DNA from: a virus
Virus record (IMG/VR): IMGVR_UViG_3300009104_001476
DNA length: 64,000 nt
Direction: 5' to 3' (one strand)
The notes under the pieces: generated by a model
Database searches by the model: none
The model's input: the letters and a program-made list of their open reading frames with translations, nothing else
What the model was told of the DNA's origin: nothing
Shown: one piece after another, positions 9,890 to 19,477 of the stretch
How the letters are laid out: the number at the start of each line of letters is the position of its first letter
How positions within the stretch are numbered: the first letter of the stretch is position 1
Position numbers and translations under genes: made by a program

Positions 9890-11380
9890 ATGGCAATTCA
9901 TGCTCAAAGGATAGAAAAACACGTTTTAGCTGGTTTTTTAAATTATCCTGATTTAGTTATAGAGGTAGACACATGGCTTGCTGATAAAGATTTTTTTATT
10001 AGAGAGCATCAAACTATTTTTTCCGTTATTAGAAGTACCGTCATAGAAGGAGAGCAAGAAGTAGATAATGTATTAATAGCTAATAAGATTAATAATCTTG
10101 GAATAACATTTGAGAAAATTAATATTTTTGATTACCTTCGAGCTCTTAAGGGTATAACAATAACAAGGAAAAACGCTATACAAGCTTGTCAAGAACTTTC
10201 AAAGATAAGAATTAGCAGAGAAATTGATGAAGTCTTAGACAAGGGCAAAGACTTTCTTAGAGAAAATTTAAATTCTGATATAGATACTATTTTAACAGGC
10301 TGTGATGAAATTTATAATAGCAAGTTAGATTCTTACACTCTTAAAGAAGAACCCAAAAATCTTTTTGATGGGATTGAAGATTTCATAGAAGAAATTGGCA
10401 ATAACCCAAGAGACGAGACAGGTTTAGCGACAGGCTTCACGGAGTTCAATAGGTTATATGGGGGGTTAATGCCCGGAAATATTTATGCTATTGTATCTAG
10501 GCCGGGACAAGGTAAAAGTACTTGGATCCAAAATTTAGCATTAAAAAGCAGTCAATTAAATAGTGTTAATACACTTATATGCGATACAGAAATGAACTCA
10601 GACGAGAACAAGTTCAGGCTAATAGCTTCTCTTTCCAAAGTTCCATTATGGCATATACAAACAGGCCGATGGAGAGAAGATGAAGAAATGACCGAAAGAG
10701 TCAGGGAAGCATTAAAAAAAGTAAAAGGGTGGAAATATCATCATGTTCACGTAGCTAACAAACCTATCGATCAGGTTTGCTCTTTAATAAGACGTTGGTA
10801 TTATACTAAAGTCGGCAGAGGCAACCCCGCGATAGTAGCGGTAGATTATATAAAATTAACTGGTGAGAAAGTAGGACAAAACTGGGCGGAGCACCAAGCT
10901 ATCGGTGAGAAAATTGATAAACTTAAAAAGCTTGCGGAAGATTTGCAAGTGCCAATCATTACCGCGATGCAGCTTAATAGGACGGGTGAAAGAGGCAGGG
11001 CTAATTCTGTAGTGGATGACGCTTCAGCTATCTCCTTATCTGATAGGCTTCAGTGGTATGCTAGTTTTGTAGCGATCTTTAGACGTAAAACTTTAGACGA
11101 GTTAGCCGCGGATGGAGAAGATTTTGGCTCTCACAAACTAATACCTTTAAAAACTAGGTGGCAAGGCAGAGACGCCTCGGGTCATCAAGATCTTTTTCAG
11201 CGTAGAGAAGACCCTAACGACCCCAATAGCGATTTGGTTTGGGTTAATAATTTTTTAAATTTTGATGTAGACAATTTTGATATAGAAGAGAGAGGTTCCT
11301 TAGCGAATATCATTCGAGCGGAGAACGGAATCGTAGAGGTGACTGATTTAGAGCCCCCTGACGAATTAGATACTTTATAA
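9890..11380 (+). CDS. dnaB: Replicative DNA helicase, DnaB family (track start 9872; 9890 preferred)
   Basis: Walker A SRPGQGKST, DTEM, Walker B VAVDYIKL, AMQLNR, N-terminal DnaB domain. Confidence 0.93.
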   Translation: MAIHAQRIEKHVLAGFLNYPDLVIEVDTWLADKDFFIREHQTIFSVIRSTVIEGEQEVDNVLIANKINNLGITFEKINIFDYLRALKGITITRKNAIQACQELSKIRISREIDEVLDKGKDFLRENLNSDIDTILTGCDEIYNSKLDSYTLKEEPKNLFDGIEDFIEEIGNNPRDETGLATGFTEFNRLYGGLMPGNIYAIVSRPGQGKSTWIQNLALKSSQLNSVNTLICDTEMNSDENKFRLIASLSKVPLWHIQTGRWREDEEMTERVREALKKVKGWKYHHVHVANKPIDQVCSLIRRWYYTKVGRGNPAIVAVDYIKLTGEKVGQNWAEHQAIGEKIDKLKKLAEDLQVPIITAMQLNRTGERGRANSVVDDASAISLSDRLQWYASFVAIFRRKTLDELAADGEDFGSHKLIPLKTRWQGRDASGHQDLFQRREDPNDPNSDLVWVNNFLNFDVDNFDIEERGSLANIIRAENGIVEVTDLEPPDELDTL

Positions 11381-11382
11381 AA

Positions 11383-12321
11383 ATGACAGAAGACCAAGTC
11401 AGAGACATCCTTATGGAAATAGGATACAACTTAAGAGATCAAGATGCCGAATGGTATAGGAGTAATGCTCTTTACAGAGGGGGAAGCAATCCTACTATTC
11501 TTGCTATAAATAAGGAGACAGGGTCTTGGAAAGATTTTAAAACGGGGAGCAAAGGGAACCTGAAAGAATTGATTAGGTTAACTCTAAATATTTCTAACGA
11601 AGAAATAAAAGTTAGATTTAAAGATATTCAGTCTAAAATTAATAACAATAGACCTTCTAGACCAAAACTTTTACCTGAAGATGGTGAAATATTCTCTCCC
11701 TCTATAGTTGATAATTTTATAGAAGATAATTCATACTGGAACGAAAGAGGAATAACTGACGAAACCTTAAAACCTTTTCGAGGAGGAGTGTGCCCAGCCG
11801 GAGTTATGAAAAATCGTTATACTTTTCCTGTGTTTAATTTTAGAGGAGATTTAGTTGGAGTTACGGGAAGATATATTTATAATATAAGAGAAGATTCTTT
11901 TACTAAAAAATGGAAGATCAAAGGGGCTAAAAAAAATTGGAGGTACCCCCTACAAGTAAATTCTAAAATTTTAAAAAAATTTAAAAAACTAATTTTAGTT
12001 GAAAGCATCGGAGACATGTTAGCTTTGTGGCAGTTAGGATACCGTCACGTGATGGTTACTTTTGGCACAGAGATAAGCTTGTCTATAGTGAATTTCATGT
12101 TAAGTTTAGACCCTGACGAAATCATCTTATCTTTTAATGATGACTCAGCGAGGGGGAACGCAGGTAATGATGCAGCTAAAAAAGAATTTAGGAAGCTTTC
12201 TAAATATTTTGATCATAATCAGCTAAGAATATGTTTGCCTAGTGGTGAAAATGACTTTGGCAGTATGAGTGCTGATCAAATAGTAAATTGGGGGACGTCA
12301 AATAATGTCGAAACAGTCTGA
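11383..12321 (+). CDS. DNA primase (TOPRIM) with degenerate zinc-binding domain
   Basis: RYTFPVFNFRGDLVGVTGR, VESIGDML, SFNDD...G; follows the helicase. Confidence 0.85.
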   Translation: MTEDQVRDILMEIGYNLRDQDAEWYRSNALYRGGSNPTILAINKETGSWKDFKTGSKGNLKELIRLTLNISNEEIKVRFKDIQSKINNNRPSRPKLLPEDGEIFSPSIVDNFIEDNSYWNERGITDETLKPFRGGVCPAGVMKNRYTFPVFNFRGDLVGVTGRYIYNIREDSFTKKWKIKGAKKNWRYPLQVNSKILKKFKKLILVESIGDMLALWQLGYRHVMVTFGTEISLSIVNFMLSLDPDEIILSFNDDSARGNAGNDAAKKEFRKLSKYFDHNQLRICLPSGENDFGSMSADQIVNWGTSNNVETV

Positions 12322-13330
12322 AGAAAAAAAGAAATTATATCTTTCTGCTTCTAGAATGAGCACTTACGATAAGTGTTCTTGGCAGTATTGGTGTAAGTAC
12401 GTACTTGGCTTACCGGATAAAACAAATGATGGAGCAATAAGAGGATCCATTTGTCACTTGATATTAGAACTTCTATTAAAACCGAGACATAAAAAACATT
12501 TTGATAGCATTATAGACACCCAAGACATAGCCTCAAGCAAGCCGGTAGATAGAACAGTTATAAAACATTTAAAGCAGCAGGATGCCTATAACGAAGAGAA
12601 TTATAATCTTTGTAATAAGATGATTTATGTAGCTTTGGATAATGATTTTTTTGGAGAAGGAGGCCACATAGAAGGCCCAGAAAAGGAGTTTTTCATAGAA
12701 AATGAGAATCCAAAATATAACATACGTGGGTATATAGATAAGCCCATAGAGTATAAAAAGAAAAAGTTCTTAAAAATAGTAGATTATAAAACGAGTAAAA
12801 GTAAATTTTCTGGAGAAGAGCTAGAGTCCAACATACAGGCGATGATGTATTCTTTAGCGGCTAAAACGCTTTGGCCAAAAATGAAACGTCGGTTGGTCCA
12901 GTTTTTGTTTTTGAAATTCCCTCGTACCCCGAGGCAAGAATTGGAGTTTACTGACGATCAACTTAAAGGGTTTGAGTATCACTTAGAAAATATTAATAAG
13001 GTTCTAGAAGAATTTGATGAGGAATCAGCAAAGTCTAATTACGCTGCGGATAATGGAACGCAATGGCTTTGTGGCCCAGCGAAAAGTGGATGGATCTGCC
13101 CTTTCCATAAGCCCTTTGAGTATTATTCCCTTCTAGATAAAGACGGGGAACAAATAAAATCTTCTTATGAGGACGATCTGAACCCTTCTAAAGGACAGTC
13201 AGTAGAGAAAAGAACATATGATGGGTGTCCTAGGAAGATGGGAGAATCAACGGCTTGCTTATCTCAAAATCAAAATGCTGATGAATTTGATGATTTTTTT
13301 GATTCAGATCTTGACGAATTCGATTTTTAA
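12305..13330 (+). CDS. PD-(D/E)xK nuclease, Cas4/RecB/AddB-like
   Basis: LSASRM...C, RGYID, IVDYKTSK, QAMMY, C-terminal Cys cluster (CGP..CPF..CPR). Confidence 0.85.
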   Translation: MSKQSEEKKKLYLSASRMSTYDKCSWQYWCKYVLGLPDKTNDGAIRGSICHLILELLLKPRHKKHFDSIIDTQDIASSKPVDRTVIKHLKQQDAYNEENYNLCNKMIYVALDNDFFGEGGHIEGPEKEFFIENENPKYNIRGYIDKPIEYKKKKFLKIVDYKTSKSKFSGEELESNIQAMMYSLAAKTLWPKMKRRLVQFLFLKFPRTPRQELEFTDDQLKGFEYHLENINKVLEEFDEESAKSNYAADNGTQWLCGPAKSGWICPFHKPFEYYSLLDKDGEQIKSSYEDDLNPSKGQSVEKRTYDGCPRKMGESTACLSQNQNADEFDDFFDSDLDEFDF

Positions 13331-13339
13331 ACTTAATGT
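13311..13339 (+). promoter_or_regulatory. sigma70-type promoter TTGACG-17-TAATGT
   Basis: Exact 17-nt spacing; ATG 6 nt after the -10 box. Confidence 0.65.
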
Positions 13340-13345
13340 GTTTGG

Positions 13346-14116
13346 ATGTCAGATAAAATAATACCTCTTTTTAAGTCTCATTATAGCTTAGGTAAAAGCA
13401 TTTTGACCTTAGAAAAAGCAGGAGAGACTTTGGAAAATTATCCTGATTCGGTTTTCGATATAGCTAAGGAGAATAAACTAAAGAAGGTCTTTCTTGTTGA
13501 CGATAATATGTCAGGTTTTTTACAAGCTTATGCTAGCTCTAAAGAGGCGGGGGTAGACTTAATTTTTGGGTTGCGTCTAAGTGTTTGTTCTGACATGAAT
13601 CAGAAAGACGACGAGTCTAGAAACGAGACATGCAAATATATTATTTTTATAAAAAACTTGGAGGGCTACAAGAGGTTAGTTAGAATTTTCACGAAGGCTG
13701 CAAAAGATGGTTTTTATTATTACCCGAGGATAGACTTTCAGAATTTAAATAAGATGTGGAGCTCTAGAGACTTAGAGCTAGCAATTCCCTTTTACGATTC
13801 TTTTATTTTTAACAACGTGATGGGCTCGGCTTTTTGCATTCCGGATTTTAGTAAAATAAAACCAGTATTTTTCTTAGAAGAAAATGATTTGCCGTTTGAT
13901 GATTTAGTTAGGTCTCGTGTTGAACAGTATTGTCAGGACAAATACGAGACAGCAGAGACTAAGAGTATCTATTATAATAATAGAAAAGATTTTAAGCCTT
14001 ATTTAACTTTTAAATGTATTAGTAATCGAAGCGTTTTAGATAAACCTCAATTCGATCATATGTGCAGTGATGAGTTTTGTTTTGAAAGCTGGAAGGAAAA
14101 AAATGGTACCGTTTAA
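13346..14116 (+). CDS. Stand-alone PHP domain of DNA polymerase III alpha (N-terminal part of split DnaE)
   Basis: FKSHYSLGKSIL, LVDDNMSG, LIFGLRL, EGYKRLVRI, YYYPRIDF align with the DnaE PHP domain. Confidence 0.8.
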   Translation: MSDKIIPLFKSHYSLGKSILTLEKAGETLENYPDSVFDIAKENKLKKVFLVDDNMSGFLQAYASSKEAGVDLIFGLRLSVCSDMNQKDDESRNETCKYIIFIKNLEGYKRLVRIFTKAAKDGFYYYPRIDFQNLNKMWSSRDLELAIPFYDSFIFNNVMGSAFCIPDFSKIKPVFFLEENDLPFDDLVRSRVEQYCQDKYETAETKSIYYNNRKDFKPYLTFKCISNRSVLDKPQFDHMCSDEFCFESWKEKNGTV

Positions 14117-14468
14117 TCCCAAAAAAGTAGAGAAGGAGTGGGGCTATGAAGTGTGGTTGGCTAACAATAAGGATGAAGATTATTGTGGCAAGATTTTATT
14201 TATCGAGAAGGGTAAGTCTACTTCCATGCATTATCATATAGATAAGCATGAGACTTTTTATGTTATTGATGGAACTTTAAGAGTAGATATGCTGCGAGAT
14301 AAAAATGAACCAGACCATCACCCATTTACAATGACATGTAAGGAGGGGGAATCTATGGAGATGCAAAGAGAACAAGCTCATAAACTAATAGCGGCAGAAG
14401 GGAATGTCACCCTTATTGAGATAAGTAAGTTCCACAGAGACGAGGATAGTCATAGGCTTTACCGATGA
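14103..14468 (+). CDS. Cupin-domain protein (sugar isomerase-like)
   Basis: KEWGYE, SMHYHIDKHETFYV, QAHKL, LIEIS cupin motifs. Confidence 0.8.
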   Translation: MVPFNPKKVEKEWGYEVWLANNKDEDYCGKILFIEKGKSTSMHYHIDKHETFYVIDGTLRVDMLRDKNEPDHHPFTMTCKEGESMEMQREQAHKLIAAEGNVTLIEISKFHRDEDSHRLYR

Positions 14469-15103
14469 ATGAACACTTATTAAGATTTGATAAAGATAAA
14501 GTTTATACCTTTATAGACTGCGAGACAGAGAATCTTTGCCTTAACTCTTTTCATAATTTGCCGTGGCAGATAGCCATGATTAAAGTGAAAGGGGAAGAGA
14601 TTCTTGATAGTAAAGACTATTATGTTAAGTGGGACAGAGAGCTTCACGTTAGCAAAGAAGCGGCAAGGATAACAAGGTTTAGCACTAAAACTCATAAAGA
14701 GAAGGCTCTCCCTTATCAGGAAATATTCCCCACCATTAAAGATTGGCTTGAGGGAGCAGATTATATTGTGGGGCACAATTTATTAGGTTTTGATATATAT
14801 CTTATTAGGGACTTTTATAAGAAAATGGGGGAAGATTATAGACCTTTGATGCCTAAAATTTTAGATACCCTAGCTATAGCTAGAGGATTAAAGAGTGGGG
14901 AGCTTTATAATTCTGAAAAGAATTTCTTGGAGTATCAGTATAAGATGATAAACTATATTAGGAAAGGGATGAGAACATCTTTATCAGCTTTGGGTAAGGA
15001 AAACGATATTGATCATGATTATGACAATCTTCACGATGCTTTAGTCGATTTAGAATTAAACTTAAAGGTATGGAACCATTTAAAATGGAAGGCAGAGATC
15101 TAA
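14465..15103 (+). CDS. DEDDh 3'-5' exonuclease (Pol III epsilon / DnaQ-like)
   Basis: ExoI FIDCETE, ExoII VGHNLLGFD, ExoIII HDALVD. Confidence 0.9.
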   Translation: MNEHLLRFDKDKVYTFIDCETENLCLNSFHNLPWQIAMIKVKGEEILDSKDYYVKWDRELHVSKEAARITRFSTKTHKEKALPYQEIFPTIKDWLEGADYIVGHNLLGFDIYLIRDFYKKMGEDYRPLMPKILDTLAIARGLKSGELYNSEKNFLEYQYKMINYIRKGMRTSLSALGKENDIDHDYDNLHDALVDLELNLKVWNHLKWKAEI

Positions 15104-15420
15104 TGGCTAGCAATGATTTTATATACGATCTTTTGGATCACCTTAAGAAAGATAACATGGATTATCTTTTGATAACGGTTGATAAAGGGGGGGAGGCCGA
15201 TCAGGTTGAACTATTTTACAGCGCAGAGAGTACCCAATCTGAACAATGTATAGTTTATTGTTTTAATAAACTTATTGAAGAAATTAAGAATGGTCAGGGC
15301 CTAGAATCTCCCGACGGAGAGCACACGCAGGTTGATTATGGCTGGGTAAACCAAGAGGAGCTAGATGAATACTCACCCCCATTAAATGAAGACGATGAAG
15401 AGGATGAAGACAAAAACTAA
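15103..15420 (+). CDS. Hypothetical acidic protein
   Basis: ORF coupled to both neighbours; acidic C-terminus. Confidence 0.6.
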   Translation: MASNDFIYDLLDHLKKDNMDYLLITVDKGGEADQVELFYSAESTQSEQCIVYCFNKLIEEIKNGQGLESPDGEHTQVDYGWVNQEELDEYSPPLNEDDEEDEDKN

Positions 15421-17968
15421 ATTTAGCGACAGGTTAAAAAGCATTGATTTGCCCTTACACGGAGTCAGATTGCCTAGTTTCAACATCGAAGACTCTTCTA
15501 AGAGGGAGCTGGGTGTCAGTGAGTCTGTGTCCAATTACGAGTTCTTATGTTCTTTATGCGATCAGGGTCTTGAGCAGGTAATCGGTAAGAAAAATAAAAA
15601 TTATAAAAAATATAAAGAAAGACTAACCTATGAGCTAAAGACTTTAGATAGTTTGAGTTTTGTAGATTATATTCTTTTAGTCTGGAATGTCATTAACTTT
15701 TGTAAGAGAGAGGATATCCCTACAGGCTTGGGTCGAGGGAGCGCGGCAGGTTCTTTAGTTCTGTTTTTAATCGGGGTGACAGGTATAGACCCCATCAAGC
15801 ATGAATTATATTTTGAGAGGTTTATATCAAAAACCCGAGCTAAAAAGAAGGTCGTAGAAGGGGTTACATACTTGGATGGTTCATTAATGTGTGATGTAGA
15901 TTTAGACATTTGCTATTACAATAGAGCTAAAGTAATTGAATACCTTGAAAGTCAATTTAAAGGTAGGACAGCCAAGATTTTAACTTTAAATACTCTTAGT
16001 TCCAAGCTTTTGATAAAGGAGTGTGGCAAGATCGTGGCTCAAAAACCGGAGTCAGAGATGAATAGGGTCACAGCTTTAATACCCAAAGTTTTTGGACAGG
16101 TGAAGGACGCGCAAGAAGCTTATGAAGAGGTCGAGGCTTTTCGGGATTGGTGCGATAAAAATAAAGACGTCTATGAGACCGCTTTGAAACTTCGAAACTT
16201 AGTAAAAAATAAGGGCGTTCATGCATCAGGAATTCTTTTATCTTATGATTTATTAGAAGATAGTATTCCTGTAGAATTATCCTCGGACAAAAATGACGTT
16301 TCCTCTTTCGATATGAACTGGGCCTCTATTCTTAACGTAAAATTAGACCTACTTGGCTTAAGAGGAGTTTCTGTTGCGTACGATGTCTGCAAGCAAGTTG
16401 GAATTGAAATTACAGATATTGATTTAGAAGACCCGTTAATTTATCAAAACTTGTACGAGCTTACTAATCCTCATGGTCTTTTTCAAATCGAAGCGGAGAC
16501 TAATTTTAGAGTATGTCAAAAAGTTAAGCCAAAAAATTTGGACGAGTTAAGTGGCGTCCTTGCGTTAGCTCGACCCGGAGCTTTAGCTTTCGTAGACCAA
16601 TACGCGAACTACACAAATAATGATGTCTACGATGTAATCCACCCATTCTTCGATGATATTTTAGCGTCAACCGGTGGGGTCTGTTTGTACCAAGAGCAGA
16701 TGATGAAGATGGCGAACAAAATTGGATTCTCTCTTGACGAAGCAGAACTACTTCGTCGTATCGTAGGCAAGAAAAAGGTTTCTGAGGTTAAGAAGTGGAA
16801 AAAGAAAATTAAAGACAAGGTTAAGAAGAATAATTTAGACCTTGAGATCGGAGATATACTATGGAGCGTTCTCGAAGACTCCGCTAACTATTCCTTCAAC
16901 AAATCTCATTCTATATCTTATGCGGCTTTATCCGCCATTACGGTTTACCTTAAGTTTAAGTATCCTCAAGAGTTTTTCTTGAGTTTGCTAAAGATGACTC
17001 GCTTCGAACCAGATCCAATAGCTGAAATTTCTAAGATTCAGAGAGAGCTAAACCAGTTCGGGATAAAGCTTTTACCTCCTCACTTAATTAAGTCTGACAT
17101 GGATTTTACTATTGAAGGGAAGGATATTCGGTTCGGATTGCTTTCAATTAAGGGGGTCTCAGATAAGTCTATTGAAAAACTTTACGATTTTAAAAAAGAG
17201 TATTCCACTAAATTTGAGATTTTTCAAGCTGCTCAAGAAGCTAAGATAGGTCTTAGCGTCTTATGCCCATTGATCCAAGCGGGAGCTTTAGAAGGTTTTA
17301 AGCAAACCAGAACTAAAGTCGTTTACGAAGCGCAAGTTTGGAGTATCTTAACAGCGAGGGAGAAAAGGTGGGTGTTAGATTTCGGAAAAGAATTTGATTA
17401 CGACTTGGTTAAGATAGTTAAACATCTTACAGTCTTTAAGGCCGACGGAGATAAGCCTATTATTAAAGAGTCTAGAATTGGGACAATAAAAAAGAAGTCT
17501 GCCCCTTATAAAAAGATTTTTGAAATAAATAGTAAGTCAGAAAGGTTTGCTAATTGGTATTATGAGAATTTGTTATTAGGTTATACTTATGGAAATACCT
17601 TGATTGACATTTATCAACCCTTACGTCCTAACGATACTTTCATGAGGGGGCGTGAGGTTGACGAGCTAGATGTGGACGAGCAGGTTTGTTTCATTGGGGT
17701 CGTTAAGGATGTTTTCTCTGGGACTTCTAAGAATGGAAATGATTATCTTAGAATATATATTGCGGACGAAACGTCTCAAGTTAAAATCATGATCTTCAAT
17801 AAGAAGATGGAGAATTGTATCCATCAGAATTTTGGTGGTAATTTACCCGAGAAAGAAGAGATTGTTCGAGTTACAGGTGTCAAGAAAGAGGAGGTTGTTT
17901 TTGCTGACAACATAAGTCCTCAACCGAATAAGGTTTACACGAAGCTTGCGCAGATTAAAAATTTATGA
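15386..17968 (+). CDS. dnaE: DNA polymerase III alpha catalytic part (palm, thumb, fingers, HhH, OB; no PHP); start may be 15404
   Basis: GRGSAAGSLV, FERF, DVDLD, HASG, YQEQMM, YSFNKSH, C-terminal OB fold. Confidence 0.95.
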   Translation: MKTMKRMKTKTKFSDRLKSIDLPLHGVRLPSFNIEDSSKRELGVSESVSNYEFLCSLCDQGLEQVIGKKNKNYKKYKERLTYELKTLDSLSFVDYILLVWNVINFCKREDIPTGLGRGSAAGSLVLFLIGVTGIDPIKHELYFERFISKTRAKKKVVEGVTYLDGSLMCDVDLDICYYNRAKVIEYLESQFKGRTAKILTLNTLSSKLLIKECGKIVAQKPESEMNRVTALIPKVFGQVKDAQEAYEEVEAFRDWCDKNKDVYETALKLRNLVKNKGVHASGILLSYDLLEDSIPVELSSDKNDVSSFDMNWASILNVKLDLLGLRGVSVAYDVCKQVGIEITDIDLEDPLIYQNLYELTNPHGLFQIEAETNFRVCQKVKPKNLDELSGVLALARPGALAFVDQYANYTNNDVYDVIHPFFDDILASTGGVCLYQEQMMKMANKIGFSLDEAELLRRIVGKKKVSEVKKWKKKIKDKVKKNNLDLEIGDILWSVLEDSANYSFNKSHSISYAALSAITVYLKFKYPQEFFLSLLKMTRFEPDPIAEISKIQRELNQFGIKLLPPHLIKSDMDFTIEGKDIRFGLLSIKGVSDKSIEKLYDFKKEYSTKFEIFQAAQEAKIGLSVLCPLIQAGALEGFKQTRTKVVYEAQVWSILTAREKRWVLDFGKEFDYDLVKIVKHLTVFKADGDKPIIKESRIGTIKKKSAPYKKIFEINSKSERFANWYYENLLLGYTYGNTLIDIYQPLRPNDTFMRGREVDELDVDEQVCFIGVVKDVFSGTSKNGNDYLRIYIADETSQVKIMIFNKKMENCIHQNFGGNLPEKEEIVRVTGVKKEEVVFADNISPQPNKVYTKLAQIKNL

Positions 17969-18879
17969 AAACAGTTCTAGTAACAGGAGGGAAAGGCTTT
18001 ATAGGGGGAGCTCTAGTTGAAGCTTTGGTCAAAAAAGGCAATCGGGTTGTGGTTATAGATAATCAATCAGCGAAAGATGTTGATTTTCTTATAGATGCAA
18101 AAGTTAAATATTACGAAGAAGACGTAGCTAATTTACAGTTCTTCTCTCAACTTTACCAAGAGTACCAAAGGTTTGATATTATCTTTCACTTGGCTGGATT
18201 AGCGAGCGTCTTAGATAGTCTTGATAGACCGGCAATAACTTATTTGGATAATTATTTAGGAACAGCAAACATCCTAGAATTTTCTAGGTTTTCTAGGCCT
18301 CATAAAGTTGTAAACGTTTCTACTTGTGCTGTTTATGGACGTAGTGAGAAAAGTCCTTTCGAGGAGTCTGACGTAACGGAACATAATTTAAACCCTTATT
18401 CTCAATCAAAACGTCATGGGGAAGATCTCTGTAGTCTTTATAACGAAGTTTACGGAGTAGAGGTTTTGACGTTAAGGTTGTTTAATGTTTATGGTCCTCG
18501 TAATAAAAAAAGCGTGGTGAGCAAGTTCTTAAAGGCTAAATCTGAGGGTAAAAATTTAGCCATTCACGGAATGGGTGACCAGACCAGAGATTATGTTCAC
18601 GTTGATGACGTCGTGAACGCTTTAATATTAGCTGCGGAGTCGGGTATATCTTGCTCTGGGGAGGTTTATAACGTGGGGACAGGAAAAGAGCATAGCGTTA
18701 AAGACCTTGCGAAAATGATCGACCCAGAGGGAGAATATGAGGCTAAAGCAGGGGGGAGTAGAGAGGTAAAACAGGCTAAAGCAGGTATTTCTAAAATAAA
18801 AAAAGACTTAGGTTGGAAGCCCAAGCATAAGCTAGAATCTTACATTCAAAAAGAGCTTAAATCCTTGACGAAAGATTAA
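17965..18879 (+). CDS. NAD-dependent nucleotide-sugar epimerase/dehydratase
   Basis: TGGKGFIG, YSQSK (YxxxK), RLFNVYGP, RDYVHVDD. Confidence 0.93.
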   Translation: MKTVLVTGGKGFIGGALVEALVKKGNRVVVIDNQSAKDVDFLIDAKVKYYEEDVANLQFFSQLYQEYQRFDIIFHLAGLASVLDSLDRPAITYLDNYLGTANILEFSRFSRPHKVVNVSTCAVYGRSEKSPFEESDVTEHNLNPYSQSKRHGEDLCSLYNEVYGVEVLTLRLFNVYGPRNKKSVVSKFLKAKSEGKNLAIHGMGDQTRDYVHVDDVVNALILAAESGISCSGEVYNVGTGKEHSVKDLAKMIDPEGEYEAKAGGSREVKQAKAGISKIKKDLGWKPKHKLESYIQKELKSLTKD

Positions 18880-18893
18880 CTATAGTTTATTAT
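18865..18893 (+). promoter_or_regulatory. sigma70-type promoter TTGACG-17-TATTAT
   Basis: 17-nt spacer; ATG at 18901. Confidence 0.65.
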
Positions 18894-18900
18894 TCATAAT

Positions 18901-19473
18901 ATGATACAGTTTTATAAACCCAACAAGAAAGTAACAGGCTCCGCTTGTTCATTTTGGCTTAATGATGACGGGAGCATTATGGCTTCGCTTATAAAGCAGG
19001 ACGGCTGGAACACTCAAAAGAACACGGGCTCTTTTTCTAAAAATAAAGATAATCCTAACGGTAGGGTTATTATCAAGCTAGGGGAGACCGAGGTAGCAGC
19101 AATGGTTGACAGTCTTGAGAACAACCGTAAGTGGTCTACCTACCACAGAAGCTCAAAACAGACTTTGCAAATAAATTTTGGCACTTACGATAGGTCGGGA
19201 GAGCAGGTGGGTTATTCTTTTTCTGTCAACAAACAGGACGCGGAAGACTCTACCAATAAAACGAGCTTTATTATAGGTTTTAATTTTGGAGAAGGTAGAT
19301 ATTTAAAAGAGTTTTTACTTTTTCTTTTAAACAAGAGATTCTCTTCTTTTCAACAAAAAAGAAAAGAGAGTTTCTCTGCTCCAAAAAGAACAAGCAAGCC
19401 CGCTCCCGCCAAACAGAAAATTGATATAGAAGAGATTGATTTATCGGAAGAGGATGACGATCTAGCTTGGTGA
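18901..19473 (+). CDS. Putative single-stranded DNA-binding protein (Whirly/PC4-like fold, acidic tail)
   Basis: Duplicated beta-strand/helix pattern; C-terminus EEIDLSEEDDDLAW; next to replication genes. Confidence 0.55.
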   Translation: MIQFYKPNKKVTGSACSFWLNDDGSIMASLIKQDGWNTQKNTGSFSKNKDNPNGRVIIKLGETEVAAMVDSLENNRKWSTYHRSSKQTLQINFGTYDRSGEQVGYSFSVNKQDAEDSTNKTSFIIGFNFGEGRYLKEFLLFLLNKRFSSFQQKRKESFSAPKRTSKPAPAKQKIDIEEIDLSEEDDDLAW

Positions 19474-19477
19474 TTGA

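Noticed and set aside
9890-17968. Intein or group I intron in dnaB or dnaE (including a split intein)
   Set aside because: No C/S-start, HN-C or LAGLIDADG motifs at the split point, and the ORFs are of normal length
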